Shown here in pieces: positions 40,577-53,966 of a stretch of DNA of 64,000 bases. The position numbers and the translations under genes were made by a program. The notes under the pieces were generated by a model. The model did not search any database, was not told where the DNA came from, and saw nothing but the letters and a program-made list of their open reading frames with translations. Numbering within the stretch: the first letter of the stretch is position 1; each line of letters starts with the position of its first letter. This stretch comes from Auanema rhodensis (Eukaryota > Animalia > Nematoda): NCBI GenBank assembly GCA_964057225.1, contig OZ059898.1, positions 13,578,001 through 13,642,000 of the forward strand. Direction: 5' to 3'.

Positions 40577-43500
40577 TCAAATTACTGGATTTGATATCAA
40601 TGGTGGTTCTTCTTCATTCGTATATTTACTTTTATTTGAAGCAAATGATATGGATCGAGCTTTGCGTGGAACTTCACGAGGACACGTCCAGTCGTATTGA
40701 GATTGCGAACGGAAAGTCTGAAAATATTTAGTTAAATCATACTTTTTTTTAATTTAATTGGTGCCTAAAGAAAATAGTCAAAGAATTAACCTTCTTATTA
40801 GCTTCGACAGCAGCACATAGCGTTCCATTTCGCATTTCACTCAAGACCAGGTTAAATGCTCTTGTTAGCATATCATTAATCTCATATGGTGTACATCCAT
40901 GTGATTTAAATCCTTGATCTCTAAAATACTATATATGTTAACTATATCATATAAATAATATATAAATATATGTAAATGATAATTTTATATGAAAAATGAA
41001 ATCCGATATATAAACATATCGGAAATGAAAATTCAACCGTTCAATTGCATATCATCTCATATAATTGATTATGTGACGTGTATCAGACATCACGTGAATG
41101 ATTTCCGTCATATAATTCCGGACGTGAAAATAAATCGTATATATGCTAATTTAAGAATAAATTAAAAACAATAACTTGCCTGAGGGTATATTTAACGATA
41201 GTAGACACTACACGGCTTCTTATATCTTTCCACTGTTCAACAGTAAAATGAACATTCGAATAGAAATTTGCTTCTCCCATCCTTCGTCCCATTTCACGAA
41301 TATTATCTCCTCGACCTTTGTTGGATATCCTGAGGTAATCTTGTTAAGAATTACTAAGTCAGAAAATGCGATGTGTGTGTGTGCATGTGAGAGAGAGAGA
41401 GAGAGGGAGAGAGACAGAAAGACAGAGAAAGAGAGAGGAGGAAATGAAAATGATACTAACCATCTAAGCACTTGTTCGATAAATAATCCAACACGTTCTC
41501 CTGTATTTTTCACACTTTGATGATCTTCATACTGCTGCTCATAATTTGAATTACCAACAATAGCAGCAGCTAGTTGTTTATATTCTTCACAGAGCTATAA
41601 AAATATAAATTTTCAAATAAAATCAAAAAATTTATAAAACTTACAGTTAAAATGATATCTATGCCTAACGAAGTCTTTATCGGTGCAATGCTTTTGAGTA
41701 CAAAATCAGCAACTCGTGGCCGTATAAATAAATTTTTTGACGTTGTAACCGTAACACTCTTCAAACTTTGTCGTTGCTGTAACAATGATGATAATGAGCG
41801 ATAATCTCTGATTTGCATAAATTTGTTGTTTTCATGGCATATTCAGTTTGAAAAATAATTAAAACCTTATTAAAACTTGGCCAATGATAAAAGAGCAGCC
41901 AATTAGTTGTACTATGAATGACGAGTAAAAGATTTGAAGCATCAGTTAAATAGTATGTATTCATGAAGCGATCAATATCACCATCAGCTGGATCTCTAGA
42001 AATTATAATAAATTAATATAATTATATTATTTACATGTTTGTTTATTTCTTATTTTTTTGTTTTTCAATAAGAAATGTAGCTGTCAAGAAAAGAAGCCAA
42101 AAATGATGAATATTATGAATGAAATAGTATAAAACAACTTACTCTACGCTTTCACCATAACCAAGTAATTCAAGTAATAATGTATTAAACATGTATAACA
42201 TATTACATAAAATGAATTTAAAGTTTAAAAGCTGAAAATATGAGGAAATAACCATTATACAAGCAACTTGTATAGAAAATTTATATTATTTTAAAACTTA
42301 CAGACAACCGAAGTGGAATATTTCGTTTCATATGAGCATTTATGTGCAAATTTCCAACTGTTCGTTGATTACAAACCTTAAATTTGATTTTTCAATAATT
42401 TTTGAAACAGCACAAGTTGTTTTAAGTTTTTAAGAATCAAACTTACAATAATAGTTTTTATTGTAAGAACTGTTAACACAATAATTGGAAGAGGAGCTCG
42501 AAATATGATATCAGGTAGGAAGTGAACAACTAAAATATTGTATCATTCTTCATGGAAAAATGTTTATTAAGAGGTACAAACCGAATTTGTATTGACGTGA
42601 TGAAGTGCTGTTGTATGGCTTGAGAAGGGTTGATAGCCGATAACGAGATTGTTTGGTCGGCTTAATTTCAAAACAGGGAACTAGAAATCTTTCGAATGGA
42701 ATTGGTAATAAGTTTAAAATAGATGCTCCAATGATGATGCAAGCACATATCCAAAAAACTCCGAATTTCGCTTTTCGTGTACGTTGTTCCAGAGGCTTCG
42801 TAACTGCCCAGTATCTGGAGCAATGAATAGATTATCCAAATTAAGGCAGTAACTCAGAAATGCTGCTGCTTGCAAGACGAGTTTGATTGAATAATGTGAA
42901 AACGTACCTTTCAACAGTGATGGCTAGAACTTGCCAGATTGTGCAGGACACGCAGAATGATGCAAAAGGTTGTAAGATGAATAAAACATAAGCCATAGTA
43001 CCATATGTAGGTGGCATTCCATAAATAAACGATGGAATACCGTATGTAGCTATAAGTTGATTTCGTATTTGAATATTGAATCTCTGAGATTATTTGACTA
43101 CCTAAGCATGATAGAAGATATAATGAATCCCAGATGCATATCATTCCAAGATGAACTGCTAATCGTTTTGAGAAAACACGTGAGCCATAGATCTGAAGAA
43201 TAATTGGCTTTGTTTCGTAAATGAGGAGGAGGAGTAGGAGGACAAATATGATGAATGAAGATGAAGCTATTGAACAATCAAAACGAAGATTTACCTGTAT
43301 GAGCAGTAGAATACTACCTGTTAAGCCTAATGTAACAAGTGTCATGGTTATTACTCCATTATAACGATAACTATAAATGAATTGATTACTCATTTAAGAT
43401 ACATTAGAGAGACAGATATGACGAATTCAGAAAACAAACCTGAAATTCTTGTATTCCTTGAAACTCTTAGCCATTGGAACAGCTAAGTGACCAGCTGAAC

Positions 43501-43585
43501 TTGAATAGTAAACTTCAATATCAAAGCACCAGTCCATTTCAGGGAATTCGACCTTTGGATATTCAGTGGCATTTTCGATCACCAT
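40577..43585 (-). CDS. Chimeric peptide-receptor-like 7TM GPCR plus C-terminal globin-fold domain (GLB-33-like architecture)
   Basis: ATG 43585 after a TTGCAG acceptor. TM1 GVITMTLVTLGLTGSILLL, TM2 HLGMICIWDSLYLL, TM3 CTIWQVLAITVERYWAVTKPL, TM5 DIIFRAPLPIIVLTVLT, TM7 DASNLLLVIHSTTNWLLFY. These are followed in frame by a ~150 aa helical globin-like domain and a tail ending NPVI* (TGA 40577-40579). Confidence 0.82.
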
Positions 43586-44399
43586 TGTGGTGACAACTGC
43601 AAGAAGAAAATACGAATAAAAATTAATGAAAAACAGAAGAAAATAACCGAAGACCAGATAAAATTAAGAATCAAGCAAAAGAGAAGAAGGAGAAGAAGAA
43701 GAAGAAAGAGGGGAGGAGGAGGTGAGAGAAAATATAAAATGAAAAAACAATAGTATGAGATGATATATATATAATACAATGCTAAGAAGATAATGAGGAA
43801 AATGAATGTGAGGAGAAAATAAGATTTTTTTGTGAAAAAAAAAAACTAAAATTTCGAGATATGATGCAATAAATTTAATAAGAAATATGATGATGTGTTA
43901 AACTTTTTTAAAAACTTTTTTTAGCTGAGAAATTGAAATATGATAGTATATGCTCACACATATCGAATATGGATAGTGTACTTCAGATGATATATTTAAA
44001 AATTCACGAAGAAGTATCGAAGATTAACAAACAGAATAGATAAAAGGAAATGTCGGAAACCATCGAAATCGTCTAGAGCTTGAAGAAGCTGAAGTTAAAT
44101 GATTATGAAAAGCAAACTCCATTGTTGCAGACATTCAACGTCACAGATTTGCTTGAAAACTGAGCGAGCGTGAGAACGTGAGCTTTCATGAGCAAAGAAG
44201 AGTAGGAGAGAATCGGTTTGTGTGTGAGTTTGCATATAAAGGATTTTCTTCACTGTGTTATTTTTCAATGAAATCAACCTTGTGAGGTCTGAAAGCACAG
44301 AATGATAAGCTCCTCCTCCCTAATTTTCGTTTGCTGAGTTCAAAGCATAGAAGGGAGAAGCATAGAGTACAGTGACAACTAGAGAAAGAGAAAGCGACG

Positions 44400-44457
44400 A
44401 AGAGAGAGAAAGAGAGAGAAAGAGAGAGAAAGAGAGAGAAAGAGAGAGAAAGAGAAA
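44400..44457. repeat. 10-bp tandem repeat (AGAGAGAGAA)x5
   Basis: Five exact consecutive copies at 44401-44450. Confidence 0.95.
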
Positions 44458-44870
44458 GTAAGAATGATAGACAGAGAGAAATAGACAGAAACGAGAGAAC
44501 TAAGAGATTCGATGAAATAGAAGATGAAGAAGAAGACCTCTAGCTATATCTTGACTTCTAAAAGTCAGAACTTCAACTTGAAATAAAATAAAAAATTTCA
44601 AAAGCAATTTCATTTCATATCTCTTCTATCAGTTCAAAACTAGTAGTCACCTGTCATTGTTAGGAATTCAACAAAATTTAAAAATAAAATAATATATCCA
44701 TATGAAATTTAATGTACCTATACTATAAATAATATGCAATAGTTGGTGCTTGTTCTCTTTACTGGCAACTAAAAATATCCAAATGGGTATTTAAGAACTT
44801 TATTTTCTGAATGAAAATTTGATAAAGTTTTAAAATATTAAAATTAACTATATAGCATATGTTTAAATAT

Positions 44871-44895
44871 AATATATATATATATATAGTATATA

Positions 44896-44928
<33 letters not shown>
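44871..44928. repeat. (AT)n microsatellite, interrupted
   Basis: TA runs seen directly. Confidence 0.9.
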
Positions 44929-44931
<3 letters not shown>

Positions 44932-45998
44932 ACATGTACATGTATGTGTTTATCTATGTGCTCCAGCAGATAATGTATGAAAGTCAGGAAAAGCTTTTTG
45001 GTGGGTGCTGCTTGTAATAGCGGTTGTTGTAGCAGTGGTGATGATGTTGGTGTTGGTGTATGACCGTGGTTAGATGTGGTGCTGGCTTGAGCCATAATGG
45101 TTTGTTCTAGATTCAAGTTCAAAACAATCTATTAAATGCTTTTGTTGTGTTGTATGGAAAATTATTGTTTCAATGATACTTTCACTTGAATGAGACAGTT
45201 TGTCTGACGTGTACCACAGCATACATAGCTTTAGTTTTCTTTTCAAAAATGGAGTTTTTAAAGAAATATTTTGGATGTAAATTAGATATTTAAATTATTT
45301 TAAAACTACTTCAATAAACCTAAAAGTCTATCTAGATATATATCCAAATACACAATATGAAATATTATAATCAGCATAGTTAAACTCAGTTATATATGTA
45401 TATCATAGTAAGGAAGTGACATACTGAAGAATTTCATTTTAAAACCCAAATATAGCTGGGAAATGATGACAAATTAGAAAATTCCAATTTAATCACTTCC
45501 ATTCATATGCTGAGATGCCATTCGGTAAGCTGAGCTGAGCTTCGCATCAAACTCAAAACTTGATTGCCTTTGCTGATGACCATGACTTGCACAGAAGGCA
45601 ATTGAATTGGAAAATTTCCAAGTTTAGCTCACGAATGAGCACATAAATCAGAGAAAACGAAGAATATGACCTCCTTGTTATCTATACACATAATACATAT
45701 GTACATATATTCTAAAACAGAGGGTAGAAAAAGGAAGAAGAGTGATGAAAAAGAGGAAAAAGAAGGCAAGAGAAAGGAAAAGAGAGAGAATATGAAAGAA
45801 ATACTTTGAATAAAGCTTAACGCATAATTACCCCAATTTGAATGAGAAATGAAGAATAGTTTTCAAAAATCTGTGTTTCTATTCGAGATATTCTCGGTTA
45901 TTTATTCATTAAAAACATTATAAAAGATAAATAATAAGTATGCAAATTGCTGTCGAGGGAGATCAAACTTAGAACAGAAAAAGTTTTCAAAATTTTCT

Positions 45999-46001
<3 letters not shown>

Positions 46002-46052
<51 letters not shown>
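46002..46052. repeat. (CT)n microsatellite
   Basis: ~25 units. Confidence 0.95.
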
Positions 46053-46055
<3 letters not shown>

Positions 46056-47520
46056 AAGCTGACATATACTCAACCAATCAAATATCTAAACTATGATATT
46101 TTAATTGTTTAAATCGTATATAGGCATACATATAAGTAAAAAAGAAAAATAGGGTATAGTTATCACATTTGAAAGAATGTGAGAGAGAAGGAAAAAAGAA
46201 AAGGGGAAGCGAGAGGAAATGCAGAATAAAGAAAAAACACAAAAAAAGGAAAAAAAGAGCTTCGAATTGAAGATTAGTTGATGACTCATGACTTGCAAGC
46301 CGTTCACATGAATTCTACAAACTAAATAAGGTTAATGATGCTTGTTTTTCCTTATTCGTTTTCTATGTTACTACTTATTTGACTTGGCAAACTAACGAAC
46401 TACAACATTGACATCAGGAGCATCACACATATCAAGGAATTCTCAAAATATATTTTTCAATGAATGAAAGCAATTTACATTTGGAGAGAAATAATTTTTA
46501 ACAGAGTCTTCTGGTTAGCTCAAGTCAGAGAGTATCAGATGACAAAAATTTTTTTGTGTGTATGAGAGGTCTTCGAGTGCATTTTCGGATGAAAAAATGA
46601 AAAAAAAATATTGAAACTAAAAAGAAAAACACATAAATACTGTCCTATAAGATTATTGGGTCGGAGAGAGAATAAGAGAGCAAAATTAGATTTAGTATAA
46701 TGCTATAGTAATAGTTGGAATTTTACAATTTGGTTGAAAGCTGTAGACCTTTTAAAGTATGATTATGTGGATGTTTGTGAAACATACATGTATGTATGTA
46801 TGTATACTCTTATACACAGATACAAATAGAAGATCACAAGTATGTACAAGCCATGAACATTCATGATGGACTATGTAAAACCCAATAGATATTCAAATAT
46901 TTAGTAATGAAAGGAAAATAAATTTAAAAAGCTGAGTGAAATGAAAAGCAAAAAGCATCGTTGTTGATTAAAAGCCAACATTATAATAGTACTATATAGC
47001 TGAGATTGAGGTTGAATAATTAGGTTCGTTAAAAGGGAACAGAAAAAATTGGATAAAAAAGCGTCAAAAAATGGGGTCATTGATCATGACATAGACAGGA
47101 AGTGAATGTTGGAAGCATGAGAGATCAGTTAGGGAATCAAAGAAATAAGAAGGATATCCCGAATTGAGCAATCAACATTCTTTTTTCGATATTTAAGTCT
47201 TCAAAAATTGAAGCTTGCTATCTGAATGCTGAAGGTGCTTGACGAGGTTGATGCAGTTAAGTCAAATGAGAAGCATTAGTAAAGGATGATGATGACAAGC
47301 ACAGCTAAAGACGGAAAATACGAAAGCTAAGAGACTAGAAATGGAAATCTGAATCAGTGAAGGAATTTACAGAAAAGAAAATTCAAAAATTGGAATTCAA
47401 GATGTTAGCAAATCAGCTTGATGAAAAAATGTTTTCAAAAAAAAACCACACGTACATACATAAATGCACAATAGTTGTTCTGATACCTTTCAATAATTTC
47501 TTTGTTTTTTTTTGGAAAAA

Positions 47521-47525
<5 letters not shown>

Positions 47526-47586
<61 letters not shown>
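47526..47586. repeat. (AG)n microsatellite
   Basis: ~26 units. Confidence 0.95.
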
Positions 47587-47587
<1 letters not shown>

Positions 47588-50500
47588 TATGAGATGAAAA
47601 AACAATAAAAATATTATAAAGTGACTAGTAAGGTAGTTCATAGAAGTACAGAGAAAGGAAAGTGAACGAGAACGATTAAGAATCAAAATCCTGAATCTAG
47701 CAAAAAAAACTATTTGGTATAACGGATTGTGAGGATTCTGTTTAGATTTGTTTAAAGTTATACTGTAAATCATATAATATATACTTTTCTCTCTTAATTA
47801 TTATAAAAGACAGAAAAATTAAAATTTTGTACAAATTGGAAAAAAGGCAAATTTAAAGAAAATCTAACGATCGATGGGCGATGAAAAGATATTTAAGAAT
47901 TTGAATATTTTTCCAAAAAAAAGTTTTTTTTGACTAAATACTATTCATAGAATGTTTCGTTTTTCAATAGTGAGAAACGTTCAAAAATTTAATATAAATT
48001 ATGAAATTGGTAAGTTATTCATGTTTAGAGACATATGGCACTTGTCTAGCTTTTCAGGTTCTACTTCATTGGAGTGAAACGAGGACGACGTATGAGATTC
48101 AATGATAGCAATGCTGAATTAGAAAAAGCGTCAGCTTTTGAAAGGATGAAAAACGAATAGTTTGAATAAAAGTAAAAGATAAAGGTTAGAAATAAGTTTA
48201 AGAGAACGAAAGGCTTATAAAGAATAAAAGAGGTGAAGGAGCTATTTGAAGGGTAGGAAAGAAGGGAGAGGTATATGGATATCAACCGCATGTGTGTCTC
48301 ATGTAAGGGGAATGAATTGACCGTTAGACTTCCTACGTCAAGAATTCCATGCTAATCACGTGCATAACAATCAGGAAAGAAGTAGTAAAAGAAATGAAAA
48401 GTAATTTGTAACCTTGTGTGAACATGAATACGATGAGCAAAAAGCATAAATCATTCATATATTAGAGCAAGAGGGTAAGCATGACAGGGTGAAGCATGAG
48501 ATGAAATGATAGCCTGAAGCAGCAAAAATTCTTTGAGTCATCATTGCGTGAATTTAGATCTCAAATTTCTCGCAACACACTCTAAAAGCTAGAATAAATG
48601 AGAAAAGAGCTCAATGATTTAGGAAAGAGAAATTAAAAATTCTCTGGGAAAATCAGAGCAGATGAGAGAGGGTAGGTGAGTGAGCAAGCTGAAAGTTTTC
48701 TCCCGAAGGAACAATGCCACGTTTAGTTTTGATGCATTAAACAAAAAAATTCTGACGCAAGTTTGAAGAAACCACCATGAGATGCGGAAGTTCAGTTTTC
48801 GTTAGGTTTCAGCAGTTTTTTTCTGCCGCAATGAGATTGTCGTTAGTAGATGGATATGAGCTGGAATCTAGGAAAGAAAATATAAAGTTGAAATCATGAA
48901 AATCAAGCTGTTCGTGTATAATTTGAATGATGAAGGAATTTCTGGAACTCCAGAAGAAAATACACAGGTAAACAGAATAAACAATTCTGCAGGTAATTCT
49001 AAGAAGAAGAATACTGCTCAAAACATCTTAAATTTATTTTTAGAGAGAGAGAGAGAGAAGATCGATGATTTCAAAATGAAAAAAAAAAGAAAAGAAATAA
49101 CAGATTTCTGGTTATGGTAAAGCTTTGAAATAATTTTGTAAAAGGGTGGTCTGTAGTGTAAACGATCATATATCTTCATGTATGTATATCCAAGAGATAT
49201 ACCATCTTTGAAAAATATTTTCTTTGATCAAATACAACAAAAGTACCAAATGCAGTGCATATTCATAACGTCATCAGTATACTTATATGCTATCGAATTT
49301 TTGAAAAATAATGAAATGAATTATAAAAACTAAACAAAGAAGAAGAAGAAGAAGTGGGAATAGAAGGAGGATGGCATGAGGAAAAGACACAAAACCAAAA
49401 AAAATGAATGAAGGAAGTTTTGAAGAAATATCTCGTCTATACGACCAGATAATGCTGCTGATGATACCGAAAACGAGTAAGTTTGCAAGACAAAGAAGCT
49501 TGATGCTTGACGATACACATATAAATGAAAATTCGAAATGTTGGAATATATACATAGATATTTCTTTGTTGGATTTTTTGGGAAAAAAAAGCAAATTTTC
49601 TCTCAACATCATATGAAAGTCACAGAGAAAATTGAAAAAAAAATGAGCGAAAGAATATCAACATATGGAAAGGAACAGTTGATCCCTGTGTATGTGGTTC
49701 TAAAGAGAATGAGAAAGATGAAGATAAAGAGAAAGAGAAAGAGAGAGAGAATGAGAAAACGAGAAGAAATGAGGATTTCGTTCACAACTGTGTGCATGAA
49801 TCTACATTAGGTAGTAGTGAGGGTGGATGCTTTGTAGTATTTAAAAAAAAAAAAGTAAATATTTCCAATTTTGCTCTGAGATACTCATCCCTCTCATTCG
49901 TTTCTTCATCTAAATCAACGGGTCTTATAACATGAAAAAGGAAAAAGACTTGCAGTAGTCAAATGAGTCGGATGAACGACCACCCATCCTACTGTTGTGG
50001 AGAAAGCAGTAAAAGAATGGCAAAGCTGACCATATGCTCACCTAAATCTGTTGACTTGGAAAGCTATTTTTCGATTAAAATAAAAGAAATGAAGCTAAAT
50101 GGCTGTTCCAAAAACTAAAAAAAACGCGCTTTTGAACGAACGACACTACCACTAGTTATATTCAGCAGTAACAGCACTACCATACTAGCAGCAGCAGCAG
50201 TTTTTTTGTTTCATTTTTCTCATTTCATCCTCCATATCTCAAAATAGAAGTTAATTGTGCAAAACGGAACATAAAAAAAAGAAATAAAGATTTAATAAAC
50301 GCCAATTAATGAATTAATGAACTTAAATTTATTAATTTACTCCACAAAAAAAGAAAGAAAGATTAATATTATTAAAAAAGAAATGTTGATTAATAATAGT
50401 TAATCATATAATTATATATAAACTTCTACTTTTTACTTGATCCTTTTGATTTCTAATTATATCCTAAATGTTTTTTTTATAATAATCATTAGATATATAT

Positions 50501-50802
50501 ATAGTATATACGTGAACTCTTTGCATTTTCCTCACTAATTATGTGAAATAACAACACATGAATTACATGTTATGCCGTCATGTACATCTTCGTCACATCG
50601 TTGTATATGAAACTGTTTGATGGAGCAGGCAACAACAAGATAACTGGCTGGTGTGTTCTTCACATTCTTTTGACTTAAAATTATTATTTTTAATACAGTA
50701 AATTGATATACATGTACACATGTACAGCGTCAACATAAATTAGTTATTGCTTTGTCTGATAATAGCTGTGTCTCTCTCTCTACAGTCCTTTTTTCGTCAC
50801 AT

Positions 50803-50850
50803 AGTCAGTCAATTTGCCAGTCAGTCAATCAGTCAGTCAGTCAGTCAGTC
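50803..50850. repeat. (CAGT)n tetranucleotide repeat
   Basis: agtcagtc...cagtcagtcagtcagtcagtc. Confidence 0.85.
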
Positions 50851-52291
50851 AACAATAACAATAATTGTATGGAAATTAATTAAACAAATGAATATTTAAA
50901 AGATAGACGACGATGCGGTATTTCTATCTCCCCCCCCCCTATAGACTTGCTTATAGATGATGATGTTATTTCTTTTACTGTTTTTTCTATTGTTTTAGCT
51001 TCAGTTTCAGATTCATATGTATACATATCCATAGATATGTACATACGACATACACAGACATACCCATATATAGACAGAGCACATATGCATATGTATAATA
51101 TACTAAGATAACATAATATGTATTACGCATGTTTGAATATCCAAAAATAGCTTTATGATGATAATGGAAGCTGTTGTCAAATTTTCTTTTATAATTTTTT
51201 TTGTTCGAAAAATGATATAATGATAATTAGCATAAGTCTCTGAGATGGTATCACGTTTCACGCATTTCCATCGAACGTCAAATTTCATTTACTTTTTACG
51301 TTGCAGAGGGAATGGTTGCATTTACCAACAATTTCTTCATCAATTTTTTCATCAACAGAATATAAGATCATATAGTAAGCTAAATTATTATTTTATTTTA
51401 CTATACAAAAAGTATGAAATATATGTATAATTTGAATATAATTAATAGAAAATATAATAAAATAAACATAAGTATTAGTATTAATAAATCAAAATTTTAA
51501 CTAACACTTTTAACAATTTAAAAATCTGAATTTATACGACAGAAAATGAAAAAAAGTCTACCGATTCACATGCATGCACACTCGAGCTTTTGCAAAGTTT
51601 GTAAATAAGTTATGAGTAAGGTGAACTTGAGCAAGAATTTTTTTCAAAAAAAAAATGAAAAAAGGTATTGAGGGAGGTTAAGACTTGAGACAATATGAAA
51701 CGTTGAGGAAATGAAGAAGAACAATAGCCATATTCATCTAACTCTTGTGTATTTGTAAACCAAAAACATGTACATATACATAGGTACATAGAGGTATAGA
51801 ATAAATAATTAAAATAAAAATATTTATTTTAAAAATTTGTAAGAAAACTATCAACAAACAATCATTTTTCCAATATAAATACATAAATATATACATATGT
51901 GTATATATATTATCTTTTCTTTAATAGTTCATATAAAAAAATTCTTATGATATAGAAGGATTTTCAAAAATTATTTATTAGGCTATGATGAAAAATTAAG
52001 GCAAAATTCAATCATGCATAGTATTGGATCGTTTTTTTTCACAAAAAAAAAACTTTTTTTCCTCAATATCCTATGCAAATGTATACGAAAATTTATAAAA
52101 AAAATTGAAAAAAGGCAAAAGTCGTTTATAACTTCAGTGGTTTTAATTAAAAAATTATTTTGTTTACTTCATTGTATTGTAATTACCTGAGATTGCACAA
52201 AAAAAAGCTTCATTTTTTTATTTATTCAAGATGAAGACGAGAAAAAATATTTGCTTAAACTATTTTCTGTAAATTAAAAATATGAGAATAT

Positions 52292-53285
52292 CTAGATTAT
52301 GAGAGCAGAATCGAAATAATGTTTCAGCGAATTGAAATATTCATCCTGAGCTTTGTTGTTATTTATGATTTTTTGACCTTTATGGCGTTTTTGTTGACGA
52401 TATAACACCCATGGTGTTATAATCATGTACATTGGAATCTGAAACAGTAAATATTTGTTGAAAAATTGGAAGAGATGTGATTAAAATGGAGAAGAGGAAG
52501 ATGATTTTGATAAGCTTAATGAGTATGAGCAACTTACTAGAGTAACAAATTCAAGATAAACAGCATAAAACCCATAATCTTTGTGTGGAAAAAGCTGGAA
52601 ATGGAAGGTATTATATGAATTAATATAATATTAATGATAAAATATAGTTTGCAACATTTTTTTGTTCCTCAATAATTCAATATAACCGTTGCAAAGTGTG
52701 CAAGTGAAAATTTGATTTTGAAGGGAAAATCTAAAACTTACAGTTCTAAAAAATACTAAACCTCCACTATTTATAAGCATAATCAATAAATGAAAACAAG
52801 TAATTGGTAATAATCGTTTAACAACCATTCTACTCTCAGAAATCTGAAAAATATTTGATTTTAAGAGAAAAGAAGTAAGAGATTGTATGTATTCATAAAA
52901 GTTGATTCATTTTTAAAATTTTTAAATCATTTTACCTGATATTTAGATCCAAGATTAACAACTTTCTTTTTCAATTTTCTATCTTTTATTTTCAATGATA
53001 TCCAAAGAAATAAAAATATAAGAACACATAATGATTCAATAACAAGATTTGTCATATTAAAAACCTAAAAAACAAATTGAAAACATAAAAAAAGGAAAAA
53101 AAAACAAATATTTCTCACTTCATTACGCCATTCATTATCATATGAACGAGCTGTTATAATTGGTATCATTTCATCAAATCGAATACCACTTAAGATGAAA
53201 CCGTAGGTCATAAAAATTGAAAAAGTTGACTATAAAGTATGAAAGTTGAAAGAAAAATTAAGTTCAAACAGTCTCTCTCTCTCTA

Positions 53286-53334
<49 letters not shown>

Positions 53335-53966
53335 ATTACTTTAATATAAATTATATTTTAATAATACTAACCGATATGGTAATTGTTAAAATAGCATATT
53401 TTGGATTAGAATTTTGTTCATATATTTCAGGAGATAAAGTTGATATATAGCGTTCAATAGTTAAAAATAGCATACATAACGTTTGTGCCATAATACCAGT
53501 CAAATACGGTAATTTCAAATGAACAGCTAATCCAATTGGAATTAAATATGCGCAAGCTTCTTGAAGTTGAAGTGAATACCTATAGTTTAGAAGAAGAGTT
53601 AAGAAGAATTTAAAAAAATCACAAAAATCACAAATGTCATCATCAGCATCATGAAATAAACTTGAACAAACCTATATAAATCAATAACGTAAGCTGGTAT
53701 CAGTGTTAGTGCTATCCACATATTCCAATAGACATGAGCTAGAAACAGCCAACGACAGTTCACATGAGCAAGCCATAGATAATGCTATAATTGGAGAATA
53801 TTCAAAGTTTGTAAACTTGAACTTGAATTAAAAACTTTACCTTTTTATATAATAAAATAGATGAACTTATAAATGATAAAACACATAAAGTTAATTTAAA
53901 ACAATAAAGATATTTAATAAGATGATTTTGGCTCATATCCCGTGCTATTAAACATTCTTCTTCCAT
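52292..53966 (-). CDS. Nematode chemoreceptor GPCR, Sra superfamily (srab-like), copy A
   Basis: MEEECLIARDMSQN, HVNCRWLF, LTIERYISTLSPEIYEQ, LGSKYQISE, QDEYFNSLKHYFD...*. Confidence 0.85.
53272..53332. repeat. (CT)n microsatellite in an intron of chemoreceptor A
   Basis: CT run seen directly. Confidence 0.9.
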
